Virus record (IMG/VR): IMGVR_UViG_3300046832_002586
Coordinates: 1-64,000 of that record
DNA: 64,000 bases
Reading direction: 5' to 3' (one strand)
DNA from: an uncultured virus (IMG/VR IMGVR_UViG_3300046832_002586)
Lineage: Duplodnaviria; Heunggongvirae; Uroviricota; Caudoviricetes
The notes below the pieces were generated by a model that saw nothing but the letters and a program-made list of their open reading frames with translations, made no database searches and was not told where the DNA came from. The translations under genes and the position numbers were made by a program. Of the stretch, positions 22,868 to 31,888 are shown in pieces (the stretch's first letter is position 1; every line of letters begins with the position of its first letter).

Positions 22868-23653
22868 ATGGCGAGGAAGAAAAAATCATTTAAATTAAAT
22901 CCTGATTGGATGCTCTCGCAACCAATAGATTTTGAGTATAACAAATATACCTTACTTAATTACATTCAAAAATGTGAGGAAAATTTTGACGAGTTTAAAA
23001 TTTATCCTGATTTTGTTGAGTTGGCACTTCACTTAGCGAATGTTCAATCTTTAGTTAAAGAAAAAAGGTTACTACAAACAAAAAAGAAATTTGAATCTTG
23101 TGATGATGAGATTCTCTTGAAAGAACTTCAACCACTTAAGTTACCCGAACTACAAGACAGTGATTTCAGTGAGTTAGAAAAGACATTGGTTTTTTCTGGT
23201 AACAGATTGATGGACACTTTTAATATTGGAAAGTCCATTTGGTCCATAGTATATGAATCAACAGCAATCAATCTAAAGAAAAACAAAGACAATATGGGGT
23301 TTGGTCACGGATACATCTATTACCCCAACAAAAGTAAGAAACAAGTATTTTTGTGGGAGTATTCAATTAGAAAGATGAAGAGAACCAAATCAGACGCCAA
23401 GATTTATTTTGATATGGTATGGAGTGGTGACCCCCAAGGTCAACGAGTTACCACGTTAGTAAAAGATGCGACATCGTGGAAGGACTTGGTAGATTTCACC
23501 AAGTTACCGATATTTGAGGTAGAGACCAATGAAAACTTCCCATTTGAACAGACTTTGGTTCCGATGTTAAAGAGAAAACTATTGGCATATATCCTTCAAA
23601 GTGTTCCAAAAGAAGATTGGGAATCGTTTGACAGTCTAAAAATTATTTCCTAA
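22868..23653 (+). CDS. hypothetical phage protein
   Basis: 261 aa ORF. Confidence 0.75.
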   Translation: MARKKKSFKLNPDWMLSQPIDFEYNKYTLLNYIQKCEENFDEFKIYPDFVELALHLANVQSLVKEKRLLQTKKKFESCDDEILLKELQPLKLPELQDSDFSELEKTLVFSGNRLMDTFNIGKSIWSIVYESTAINLKKNKDNMGFGHGYIYYPNKSKKQVFLWEYSIRKMKRTKSDAKIYFDMVWSGDPQGQRVTTLVKDATSWKDLVDFTKLPIFEVETNENFPFEQTLVPMLKRKLLAYILQSVPKEDWESFDSLKIIS

Positions 23654-23662
23654 TATTGTCTC

Positions 23663-23872
23663 ATGGGATTCACAAAACGATTCGTAGACCAAAAGACGGT
23701 AAAAGTTCATTTGGAAAATTCCGATTTAAAGACTCTGTTCTCTCCGAGGGTGGATGCTTTTATTTTTATGGATACCATATCATCTGATGTTTTTAATTTA
23801 TTTCAACAGGGTCACGATGAATCTCAAATCTTTTCCACACTTAAAAAACAAAACCAAAATTTATTTTTATGA
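23663..23872 (+). CDS. hypothetical protein
   Basis: tightly packed operon ORF. Confidence 0.6.
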   Translation: MGFTKRFVDQKTVKVHLENSDLKTLFSPRVDAFIFMDTISSDVFNLFQQGHDESQIFSTLKKQNQNLFL

Positions 23873-24099
23873 AATGTATTAAAGCGATAAAATCAACAGG
23901 ACCTTACAAAGAGGGTCACATGCTGCGTGTTGTAGACAAAGACGCTGAGCGTAGAGTATCAACAGGATATTGGAATTACATCTCCAAGTCTGAGTTTAAA
24001 GGTTCAACAGGTGAGAAAGAGGTTGTGATGGAGGAGCCAAAGAAAAAGAAATCAAAAGAAGTAGAGAAGAAATCTTATGGACGAAAAAAAACTAAATAG
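23869..24099 (+). CDS. hypothetical Lys-rich protein
   Basis: ATGA overlap with upstream ORF. Confidence 0.6.
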   Translation: MKCIKAIKSTGPYKEGHMLRVVDKDAERRVSTGYWNYISKSEFKGSTGEKEVVMEEPKKKKSKEVEKKSYGRKKTK

Positions 24100-24277
24100 T
24101 CTCCTTTTAAAACTACGGAGACCCCTTCACATATCGTACATCTCACGATATATTTTGAAGGAGGACTTGGAGACTACAGAAAAGTATTTGGAAGACCTTG
24201 TATCACAGGGTCTAATAATTGAAACTCCATTAGCTTCAAAATATTATGTCATTAAAACTATATCGACTCAAGAATAA
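24077..24277 (+). CDS. small winged-helix-like hypothetical protein
   Basis: 66 aa; ...YLEDLVSQGLI... pattern resembles wHTH. Confidence 0.5.
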   Translation: MDEKKLNSLLLKLRRPLHISYISRYILKEDLETTEKYLEDLVSQGLIIETPLASKYYVIKTISTQE

Positions 24278-24464
24278 ATTTATCAATGAGATTCATTTGA
24301 CTTGGGGAAAGAAATATATCTTTTCTTTGGTTAGGTCAGAAGAAAATGGGTGGATAGGAATCTTTTCATACAAAATATGTTGGACTAAAAACCCTTTGTT
24401 TTCTGTTAGGAACGGATACAAAAAATCAATTAAACTAAAAAATTATTACATTACTTTAAGATAA
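24246..24464 (+). CDS. hypothetical protein
   Basis: operon ORF. Confidence 0.55.
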   Translation: MSLKLYRLKNKFINEIHLTWGKKYIFSLVRSEENGWIGIFSYKICWTKNPLFSVRNGYKKSIKLKNYYITLR

Positions 24465-24465
24465 T

Positions 24466-24693
24466 ATGTCATTAAATGAAATGGTAAACCACCCGGTTCA
24501 TTATGGGGGTGAGGATAATATGTATGAGGCCATCAAAGTAATTGAGGCTTGGGAACTTGACTTCCATCTTGGGAATACGGTGAAGTATATCTCAAGGGCT
24601 GGTAAGAAAGGTAGTGATAAAGAATTACAAGACTTAAAAAAAGCTCTTTGGTATCTTCAAAGGAAGATTGATAATTTAGAAAATGTTGGTTGA
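24466..24693 (+). CDS. DUF3310 (SaV-like) family protein
   Basis: VNHPVHY...GNTVKYISRAGKK...DLKKALWYL. Confidence 0.85.
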   Translation: MSLNEMVNHPVHYGGEDNMYEAIKVIEAWELDFHLGNTVKYISRAGKKGSDKELQDLKKALWYLQRKIDNLENVG

Positions 24694-24898
24694 GGTACGA
24701 TATAATTCAAACCACAAAAACGGAGACAGACCATGGAAAGTGTTTATTGATAAACAACTTTTAAAAGTTGATTCAATAGAATTTCTGTGTCAGATAAACT
24801 CTTCTAGCGGGTATAGAGATGATGGTAGAGAAACAGGTCATATTACTTGTAATGCTAAAAAAATTACCATTGAAGATTGTTGTTTGGTTATTGAGTGA
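24683..24898 (+). CDS. hypothetical protein
   Basis: operon ORF. Confidence 0.6.
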   Translation: MLVEVRYNSNHKNGDRPWKVFIDKQLLKVDSIEFLCQINSSSGYRDDGRETGHITCNAKKITIEDCCLVIE

Positions 24899-25098
24899 TG
24901 AAGTACAGATTGGCTGCGACAGGTTCCATGGAAGTCGGTTGGGTAATACAATCCGAGGATAAAAAACTTACAATCAGGTGTCTTGAATTTCAGGTATCGG
25001 TTAAAACAAAAACATTCTTAGACGGTGGTCAAGCATGGTTGGAATTTGAAACAGAAAATCCTATTATTGTAAGAGACCACAAAGTAACAATATATTAA
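24895..25098 (+). CDS. hypothetical protein
   Basis: operon ORF. Confidence 0.6.
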   Translation: MMKYRLAATGSMEVGWVIQSEDKKLTIRCLEFQVSVKTKTFLDGGQAWLEFETENPIIVRDHKVTIY

Positions 25099-25099
25099 A

Positions 25100-25978
25100 A
25101 TGACAGAAAATTATTTAGGAAAAATAGTAAACGGAGATTGTATTGAAGTGATGAAGACCATGGAAGAAGGGTCTGTAGATTTGATTGTGACATCACCACC
25201 ATATGGTGTCGGGATTGAATATGATGTTCACGATGATGATATGGTTTGGGAGGAATATGTTAAATTTACATATTCCTGGATGGAACAAGCATACCGTGTG
25301 TTGAAAGATGACGGCAGGATTGCTTTGAATATCCCGTATGAGATTAACCGACAAGCCAAGGGTGGAAGAATCTTCATGTTGAGTGAGGTATGGCAAATTA
25401 TGAAACAGATTGGTTACAAGTTCTTCGGAGTTGTGGACCTTGAAGAAGAATCACCACACAGAAGTCGTACCACAGCTTGGGGGTCATGGATGAGTCCCTC
25501 GGCACCTTACATCTACAATCCAAAGGAATGTGTTATCTTGGCGTATAAGAAGAAACATATTAAGATTGTTAAAGGACAACCTGAATGGGTTGGTGAGATG
25601 GGTGAGGTTGAAGGTAAAGACGGTAACATGAGACCCAAGATGATGTATACCGAACAACAGAAACGTGAGTTTATTGATTTGGTATTTGGACAGTGGAATT
25701 ATTTTGCCGATACTCGTTCATTGACAAAGGCGACCTTCTCAATGGATATCCCAACCAAGGCAATTAAGATTCTCACATATAAGAATGATATTGTCCTTGA
25801 CCCGTTTGCTGGTTCAGGTACAAGTATGGTTGCTGCCGAGACTTTAGACCGTCGTTGGATTGGTATTGAAATCAGTTCTAACTACTCCAAAGTGGCTAAT
25901 GAAAGGGTTGGGTTTTTTGTTCAACAAAAAAGACAACAGGTTATAGAATTTCCTGAAAAACCAATTGAGGTGGTTTAA
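25100..25978 (+). CDS. beta-class N4/N6 DNA methyltransferase
   Basis: TSPPY catalytic motif before VLDPFAGSGT SAM-binding motif. Confidence 0.92.
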   Translation: MTENYLGKIVNGDCIEVMKTMEEGSVDLIVTSPPYGVGIEYDVHDDDMVWEEYVKFTYSWMEQAYRVLKDDGRIALNIPYEINRQAKGGRIFMLSEVWQIMKQIGYKFFGVVDLEEESPHRSRTTAWGSWMSPSAPYIYNPKECVILAYKKKHIKIVKGQPEWVGEMGEVEGKDGNMRPKMMYTEQQKREFIDLVFGQWNYFADTRSLTKATFSMDIPTKAIKILTYKNDIVLDPFAGSGTSMVAAETLDRRWIGIEISSNYSKVANERVGFFVQQKRQQVIEFPEKPIEVV

Positions 25979-25988
25979 TCCAACTGTT

Positions 25989-26141
25989 CTACTCTTTTGA
26001 GTAACGAAAATTACAAATTGGTTTTCCGTTTACCAATGGTAAACCATGTTGGTCAAGGGTGATAGTTTTTACTATCACCTTTTTATTTTTGAATCTACCT
26101 ATCAAAATTGTGTCACCAACCTTTATATTAAGTTGTATCAT
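25989..26141 (-). CDS. small hypothetical protein (50 aa, not in ORF track)
   Basis: manual translation MIQLNIKVGDTILIGRFKNKKVIVKTITLDQHGLPLVNGKPICNFRYSKE. Confidence 0.55.
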   Translation of the reverse strand: MIQLNIKVGDTILIGRFKNKKVIVKTITLDQHGLPLVNGKPICNFRYSKE

Positions 26142-26176
26142 AGTATTTATAAGTAGATATTTTTATTTAAAAAATC

Positions 26177-27169
26177 ATGAGTCAAATTTTGATAACTGAA
26201 AATCAACTTGAAGGGTTGAAACAAAACCTTAATGAAGCTTATTGGTTGAATACTGTTTTGGATGTTGTTGGTATTGTTGACCCAACAGGAATTACTGACT
26301 TTGTAAATGCCATTTCTTATTATAAACAAGGTGACACCCTATTTGCGTTTTTGTCTTTAATATCCGCAGTACCATATATTGGTGATGTGGTTGGTAAAAC
26401 TGCTATAGGAACCATGAAAGCCGGAAGTCAAGGGACTAAGTACCTTAGAAATGCTGAAAAAGCCATTAATGCTGGTAATACTGAATTGGCTCTCAAGAAT
26501 CTTAAGATGTTAGAAAAAGTTGAAGGACCTGCAAACATATTATTTAAAACCGCTCAAAATTGGACTTCAAGAGTTGACACAGTAATTGATAAAATTCCAA
26601 ATATGGGAGGATTATTATCAGGGTTTAAAAAGACTCTACAAAGTTGGGTAAACTTATTCAGTAGTGCGTCAAGAAGGTCCATGGGTGTTAGACGTTTAAT
26701 GGTAAATAAAACACCACAAGAACAAATGAAATTGGTTCAAGGTTTGGAAACAGCTTTGAAAAGAGAAAAGTTTATGGACCCAGCAATATTAGGTAAACCA
26801 AATATCCTCCAAAGATTCCTTTATGGGGGTGGTCTTGGTTTAGGTAGATTTTCTGACCTGTTTGGGAAAAGTTCTTTAAGAACAAGAGTACTAATGGGTC
26901 AAACAAAATTCTATCTTGGGTTTTTAGATAAATTGGGTGTTGGAAATTTTGTTGGACCTGAAGAACTTTCAGGTATGATGGGTGAGGAACAGATGTTAGC
27001 GGCAATGAAACAGTATGAATCAACTCCTGAGGGTCAAGAAGCCTTAAAAACTGAGTTGGGTGGAACTACAACAACTCAAGTATCACCACAGAGTTTAGTT
27101 GCTGTGGGTGAAAAAATATCCATGTCGCCGATTACGTCAGCATTAACAAAATTAATGAGTCCAGTATAA
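26177..27169 (+). CDS. leader-bearing protein with pre-toxin-like hydrophobic hairpin
   Basis: N-terminal ILITENQ...LNE leader then LDVVGIVDPTGITDFVNAISY...LSLISAVPYIGD. Confidence 0.65.
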   Translation: MSQILITENQLEGLKQNLNEAYWLNTVLDVVGIVDPTGITDFVNAISYYKQGDTLFAFLSLISAVPYIGDVVGKTAIGTMKAGSQGTKYLRNAEKAINAGNTELALKNLKMLEKVEGPANILFKTAQNWTSRVDTVIDKIPNMGGLLSGFKKTLQSWVNLFSSASRRSMGVRRLMVNKTPQEQMKLVQGLETALKREKFMDPAILGKPNILQRFLYGGGLGLGRFSDLFGKSSLRTRVLMGQTKFYLGFLDKLGVGNFVGPEELSGMMGEEQMLAAMKQYESTPEGQEALKTELGGTTTTQVSPQSLVAVGEKISMSPITSALTKLMSPV

Positions 27170-27540
27170 TGAAAGAAGAATATATTTTAAAATTAGTCCA
27201 AGTTCAAAATCAATTTAGATTTTTACATTGGCAAACTACGTTTGACGCTAAACATAAAGCATATGGTAAGGTATATGATAGATTAGGTGATTTAATTGAC
27301 GACTTCGTTGAAGGTATGATGGGAAAGTACGGAAGACCAAAATTCCCTGAAGAATTTTCTATCATGTTTCAAGACATTGATAAACTATCAATGCAAAATT
27401 TCATTGATGGTATCTGTGAATTTTTATTATCTATGACTGAAGGTTTAGATTCAAAAGTGGATACTGATTTATTGAATATTAGAGATGAAATGTTGTTATC
27501 AATTAACAAATTAAAATATTTATTAACTCTCAAATATTAA
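27169..27540 (+). CDS. ferritin/Dps-like (DUF5856-type) protein
   Basis: LHWQT...HKAYG...DDFVE...YGR...LLNIRDEML...YLLTL. Confidence 0.75.
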   Translation: MKEEYILKLVQVQNQFRFLHWQTTFDAKHKAYGKVYDRLGDLIDDFVEGMMGKYGRPKFPEEFSIMFQDIDKLSMQNFIDGICEFLLSMTEGLDSKVDTDLLNIRDEMLLSINKLKYLLTLKY

Positions 27541-27541
27541 T

Positions 27542-27949
27542 ATGAAAAAGTTTGTAATAACTGAAGAAGAAAAAAATAGAATTCTTGGAATGCACATTGG
27601 TGCGACTTCAAGACAGTATTTAAAAGAAGATTTGAATAGTGGTATGACTACTATTGACAGATACAACTACAATAGTGCAATCCAATGTTTCTTAAATAAA
27701 AAAGGTGTTAAAGATGATGCCGGTCAACCATTAAAAATTGACGGTTCAATCGGTAACTATCCAAAATCAAAAAGTGCTCAGGCAGTTGCCAAATACCAAT
27801 CAATGATTAATGTTTATCCTGTTGATGGTGTTTGGGGAGAAGATACCATGGATGCGATGCCTGATAAGGATAAATTAATATTTAAACAATGTGTTTCTGA
27901 TTATGGCGATTTATTTGATAAAATTGTACATTACTTTGGTTGGGACTAA
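27542..27949 (+). CDS. peptidoglycan-binding-like domain protein
   Basis: leader VITEEEK...LKE; IDGSIG and VDGVWGEDT motifs. Confidence 0.65.
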   Translation: MKKFVITEEEKNRILGMHIGATSRQYLKEDLNSGMTTIDRYNYNSAIQCFLNKKGVKDDAGQPLKIDGSIGNYPKSKSAQAVAKYQSMINVYPVDGVWGEDTMDAMPDKDKLIFKQCVSDYGDLFDKIVHYFGWD

Positions 27950-29361
27950 TGAAAAAGATTATCAAAGAATCAGGTTTACGTGATATTAAAGCTTTGGCGA
28001 AAAGATACCCAAAGGCTAAAATATATTTTCACCAAGATTTAGATGGTGTTACCACAGCAATTGCGATGAAGAAATACCTTGAAGACAATGGTATTGATGT
28101 TGTGGATTCTGAGGTTATCCAATATGGTGAGAAAGAGTTTGCGGTAAAGAAACCTGATGCTAGTGGTGATGTGATGCCTGTGTTAGTAGACTTTGCTCAC
28201 GGTAAACCGATGTTTGTCATTCACACAGACCACCACGATACTCAAGTTGGTGCTGAAAAGGATGCTTCAAAATCATTCAGACAAGCTCGTTCAAATGTTG
28301 AAACAATTTCTCAGATTATCTCACCAAAAGAATTGTTCCCAAGTTCAGACATTCTTTTGATTTCTACAGTTGACTCGGCTGACTTTGCAAAACATGATTT
28401 AACAACAAAAGAAGTTGTTAATTTTCTTTTTAGATTAGATAAAGAGAAAGGTCTGGCAAAAAATAAAATGTTATTAGGTTTAGTAACTAACAAATTACTC
28501 TTGGCGTTTAAAAACAAAAAAGGTTTCTTAGAGAGTTTGGTGATGGACTCTGAGCCGTCACTTTATTCAATCCTTAATAATATTAAAACTTGGATGAGTG
28601 AAAACACTCGTGAGACTCCTGAAAGACTCCAAAGAAATGCCAAAGATTATATGGACTCAATGGCGAATCACCGAAATGTGAAAGTTGAAGATGGAATCAT
28701 TCTTCAGTATGGTATGGGAACTTTGAAAGGTACTGGTTCTTACGATAGATATACGCCTTTTAGAAACAATCCTGATGCGGACTTTTTAATTATCATGTGG
28801 CCTTTAGGTTTGGTACAAGCGTCTTGTAATCCATTTAAAAAAGATAGAGAGCTCAAAGGTGTAAATCTTGGAGAAGTTAAAGACGAGGTTTTGAATAAGT
28901 GGAAAGCACAACTTCAAGATAGAACAATTCCATTATCAACAATCAAGTATATTGCAGAATCAGGTATGGGTGCGGAATCGGTTGGATTCACATTCAAAGA
29001 TTTTGACGCCATTTATGGTGGTAATATTATGATGATGGATAATGGAGAACAAATATTAGATAATTTAAAAACAATCATTGACAAACCATTCTCAGAGTTA
29101 AGTGAACCTGAAATGGAATTGTTGGATAAGATTGGTGTAAATGCTTGGGATTTGATTCAAGCCAATTCAGGTGGACACAAATGTATTACCAACATTTCAG
29201 GACTTAATTATTTGGGTAGGGCCAAAAGACCACCATCAGGACCATATAGATATGACCCTGAAAGAGATGATGCACCGTACATCAAATTTGTCAAGATGAT
29301 TGGACAAGAGTTCTTTAAAGTCTTAAAGGAAAAAATTCAGGAAAGTAAAAAGGAAGGTTAA
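27949..29361 (+). CDS. DHH-family phosphoesterase
   Basis: HQDLDG, LVDFAH, HTDHH and GGHK motifs; likely ATG at 27949. Confidence 0.8.
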   Translation: MKKIIKESGLRDIKALAKRYPKAKIYFHQDLDGVTTAIAMKKYLEDNGIDVVDSEVIQYGEKEFAVKKPDASGDVMPVLVDFAHGKPMFVIHTDHHDTQVGAEKDASKSFRQARSNVETISQIISPKELFPSSDILLISTVDSADFAKHDLTTKEVVNFLFRLDKEKGLAKNKMLLGLVTNKLLLAFKNKKGFLESLVMDSEPSLYSILNNIKTWMSENTRETPERLQRNAKDYMDSMANHRNVKVEDGIILQYGMGTLKGTGSYDRYTPFRNNPDADFLIIMWPLGLVQASCNPFKKDRELKGVNLGEVKDEVLNKWKAQLQDRTIPLSTIKYIAESGMGAESVGFTFKDFDAIYGGNIMMMDNGEQILDNLKTIIDKPFSELSEPEMELLDKIGVNAWDLIQANSGGHKCITNISGLNYLGRAKRPPSGPYRYDPERDDAPYIKFVKMIGQEFFKVLKEKIQESKKEG

Positions 29362-29708
29362 TTAATAAGAAACTTAACAGAGTCCCCTTTTTTGATACCA
29401 AGATTCTTACAAGTACCCCCTTCAACTTCTAATATAAGATAACCTCTACCACAGTAGTTCTCACAGTCTTCATCAACACATGGTGGGCAATTGTGGTGAA
29501 CCTTTGATATGATTTGGTTGTCAATGTAGATAATATCTAAAGGTATTATACAATTTTTCATCCAAAAACAATTGGTGTGGTCGGTCATCAGAAACAACAT
29601 ACCGTTAAAATATTCGTTAAAAGTTTTGTTCATCATACCTTCAGCACGTTTACGGTAATCGTCCATAACCTTTACAGTAAAGGTGTTATCGCCTATTTTA
29701 ACTTTCAT
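29358..29708 (-). CDS. DUF192 family protein
   Basis: GMLF...FWMKNCIIPLDIIY...ILEVEGG...GIKKGD. Confidence 0.9.
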   Translation of the reverse strand: MKVKIGDNTFTVKVMDDYRKRAEGMMNKTFNEYFNGMLFLMTDHTNCFWMKNCIIPLDIIYIDNQIISKVHHNCPPCVDEDCENYCGRGYLILEVEGGTCKNLGIKKGDSVKFLIN

Positions 29709-29722
29709 GATTATTTATAAAT

Positions 29723-30151
29723 ATGGAAAAGTATAAAAGGTTGAGTGGTGTGGTCGTTAAAGTTAACGGTGAATGCTTATTGTGTAAAAGAAACGGTAAG
29801 TCATCTTACCCTAATATGTGGTCTATTCCTTCAGGACACGTTGAAAAAGATGAATCAACTAAAGAAGCTGCGTACAGAGAGTTTTACGAAGAGACCGATA
29901 TTAACATAGATAACTACGATTTAGATTTTGTGGGTATACTACCAAAAAAGAAAAAGACTGACGGTAGTATAAAAGGTATGATGTATGTTTATTTGTTGAA
30001 TACCCATGAGTATATGTACCCTAACCTTGAAACCGCTCAAGATGGACATGAACACACTGAATGTGGGTATTTTGGTTTGGATAAAGTCAATAATATGGAT
30101 ACAGGAGTATATTTGAAAACAATTTTACAAAATATTTTTGAAAAAGATTGA
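29723..30151 (+). CDS. NUDIX hydrolase
   Basis: Nudix box GHVEKDESTKEAAYREFYEET. Confidence 0.9.
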   Translation: MEKYKRLSGVVVKVNGECLLCKRNGKSSYPNMWSIPSGHVEKDESTKEAAYREFYEETDINIDNYDLDFVGILPKKKKTDGSIKGMMYVYLLNTHEYMYPNLETAQDGHEHTECGYFGLDKVNNMDTGVYLKTILQNIFEKD

Positions 30152-30230
30152 ACTTTTCAATAGTATGTCTATATTTATAATCTCCACCGAAAGGTAGAAA
30201 CACCCCACAAAAAAGTTTCACTTAGCCCTT

Positions 30231-30261
30231 TTGACAATTTGAAAAAATTGTTTTATCTTTG
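30231..30261 (+). promoter_or_regulatory. host-type (Bacteroidota) promoter for the tRNA
   Basis: TTGACA at 30231 and TATCTTTG (TAnnTTTG) at 30254. Confidence 0.7.
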
Positions 30262-30376
30262 TGAGACACTCGGAAGAAGAGGAGTTAAATCCTCAATTCA
30301 CAGTCCTACAACGAGTGTTCGAGAGAATACAATAAGTTGTGGGACTTTTTTTCGGGGAACGTTCTTAAAAATAAAT

Positions 30377-30449
30377 CGCGGGATAGTAGCAGCGGTAGCT
30401 CGCAAGGCTCATAACCTTGAGGTCGGGGGTTCGATTCCCTCTCCCGCTA
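30377..30449 (+). tRNA. tRNA-Met (CAT), initiator-like
   Basis: acceptor CGCGGGA/TCCCGCT with 1:72 mismatch, anticodon arm CAAGG-CTCATAA-CCTTG, GGTTCGATT T-loop; CCA not encoded. Confidence 0.92.
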
Positions 30450-30469
30450 CAAAAAAAACACGAAGGTGC

Positions 30470-30533
30470 TTGACAGAATGAAAAACTGTTGTATCTTTGT
30501 ATAACAAATCAGGAAACTGAAACGTTCTTTAAA
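30470..30533 (+). promoter_or_regulatory. promoter plus boxB/boxA-like antitermination leader
   Basis: TTGACA 30470, TATCTTTG 30492, hairpin TCAG-GAAA-CTGA 30509-30520, AACGTTCTTTAAA 30521-30533. Confidence 0.6.
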
Positions 30534-30534
30534 T

Positions 30535-31425
30535 TATTGATTATTCCATCAGTATGTTGATGATGAGACCCTTGGGTTGATTTTGAGAAAATACTGAGAA
30601 AAGATAATCGGCCGCCTATGGTCGATAAATAAACCACGAAAGTGGGATAAAGTGGTCTCTCAAGTTTAAAAGAGATTGCGGTTTTTAAAACTTCGGTTTT
30701 ATTAACTCGAGTAGGCAAGCGGGATATCATAAGTCCTAAGTAATCGAGGGTGACACTGTAGATGAAATGGAAATATGACTCAGCGATGTGGGTCGTTGGG
30801 TTGAGTTCGGAAGAACAATAAGAATAACTCGTAGAATTGTTGTGGGAAATAGGGTAATCCAACCTTATAACTGCGGGATTCAATATCAAAGGATACTTAA
30901 AACCGAAAGGTATGATGACAAACGGGTGGTGCCGAAATCATCCTTGACCATTGTCTACCAAGACATAAGTCACGAAGTAGTCTTGAAGTGTTGAGGTAGG
31001 GATATCTCAGAGAGTAGTATAGTATCGAGTCGTTCAAAAGATGGCTTGGCTGGTCGGCGGACCACTACTTTCATCCATCCACAAACAACAAACTTTGCAT
31101 TTTATAGGTATGCAAATACTAAAAGACAAAGGAAAAGTGTCCGTCAGTTGTAGGTGAAAGGTGACTACATAGTAATGAGATGTTCATTGCCGTTGTGGGT
31201 TTCCAAGACCCACACGATTCTTGAGAACGTTCTCTAATCCCGCAAGGATTCACTGGGGTGGCAACCTCGGAGAGTAATAAGTAAAAAGAGAGTAAGCTAC
31301 AACTCAAGGAGTGGTACCCCTAAGGAACCGTCACTGAGAATTACTATTCAAAAGATAGTGGAAACGGAAAGAAACAATAATGTTCCTAAAGATTCTCAAT
31401 CAAAGGTGTATTCTCAACCTAAGTG
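30535..31425 (+). ncRNA. large structured ncRNA, GOLLD-like candidate (~890 nt; ends approximate)
   Basis: no credible ORF, GC-richer than flanks, many GNRA/UUCG hairpins, own promoter and terminator, adjacent to a tRNA. Confidence 0.7.
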
Positions 31426-31427
31426 CC

Positions 31428-31460
31428 AAAACCCGAAGAAAAAAATCTTCGGGTTTTTTT
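31428..31460 (+). terminator. intrinsic terminator of the large ncRNA
   Basis: AAAACCCGAAGA...TCTTCGGGTTTT hairpin with T-tract. Confidence 0.85.
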
Positions 31461-31507
31461 GTTTATATGGAAAGTTCTTTTTATATTTGTAGTGTTAAAC
31501 AACAGAT

Positions 31508-31801
31508 ATGAAAATAAATTTTACATACAATATTCGGATTGAGAACGAGAAGTTCGGAACCCTCTTGAATGAAACCTTTGTTGATGGTGTTCAGTTTAAG
31601 TTGTTTTTGAAGATGGTTCACGGTTGTTTGGAACTCAAAGGAGATTTAGATTTCTTCAATGGTACCGACTTCTTGGTTCACATTCCTTACAAGTATTTGG
31701 TTGATTCTATTGTTTTGACTTCCTTGGTTACACCAACAGTTGGTGAACTTAGTTTGTCAGAACATATGAAATCTAAGGTGGAAGCTTTAGTTACCAAATA
31801 A
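31508..31801 (+). CDS. hypothetical protein
   Basis: 97 aa ORF after TATATTTG promoter (31482). Confidence 0.7.
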   Translation: MKINFTYNIRIENEKFGTLLNETFVDGVQFKLFLKMVHGCLELKGDLDFFNGTDFLVHIPYKYLVDSIVLTSLVTPTVGELSLSEHMKSKVEALVTK

Positions 31802-31860
31802 TTTCCTGACATAATGTCAGGTGGTGGAGTGATTGACTGTCATTCGGTCAGTCCCAAAAG

Positions 31861-31888
31861 AAAAGGTCAGTTTCGGCTGACCTTTTTT
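31861..31888. terminator. bidirectional intrinsic terminator
   Basis: AAAAGGTCAG-TTTCGG-CTGACCTTTT between convergent genes. Confidence 0.8.

Noticed and set aside
30239..31307. Short ORFs 30239-30481, 30509-30889, 30788-30994 and 31119-31307
   Set aside because: They overlap the tRNA or the structured RNA, have atypical composition and show no recognisable motifs.
30535..31425. Large RNA as rRNA fragment, tmRNA or self-splicing intron
   Set aside because: No recognisable rRNA signature or tmRNA tRNA-like ends, and it does not interrupt a gene; it has its own promoter and terminator. A covariance search is still needed to exclude these formally.
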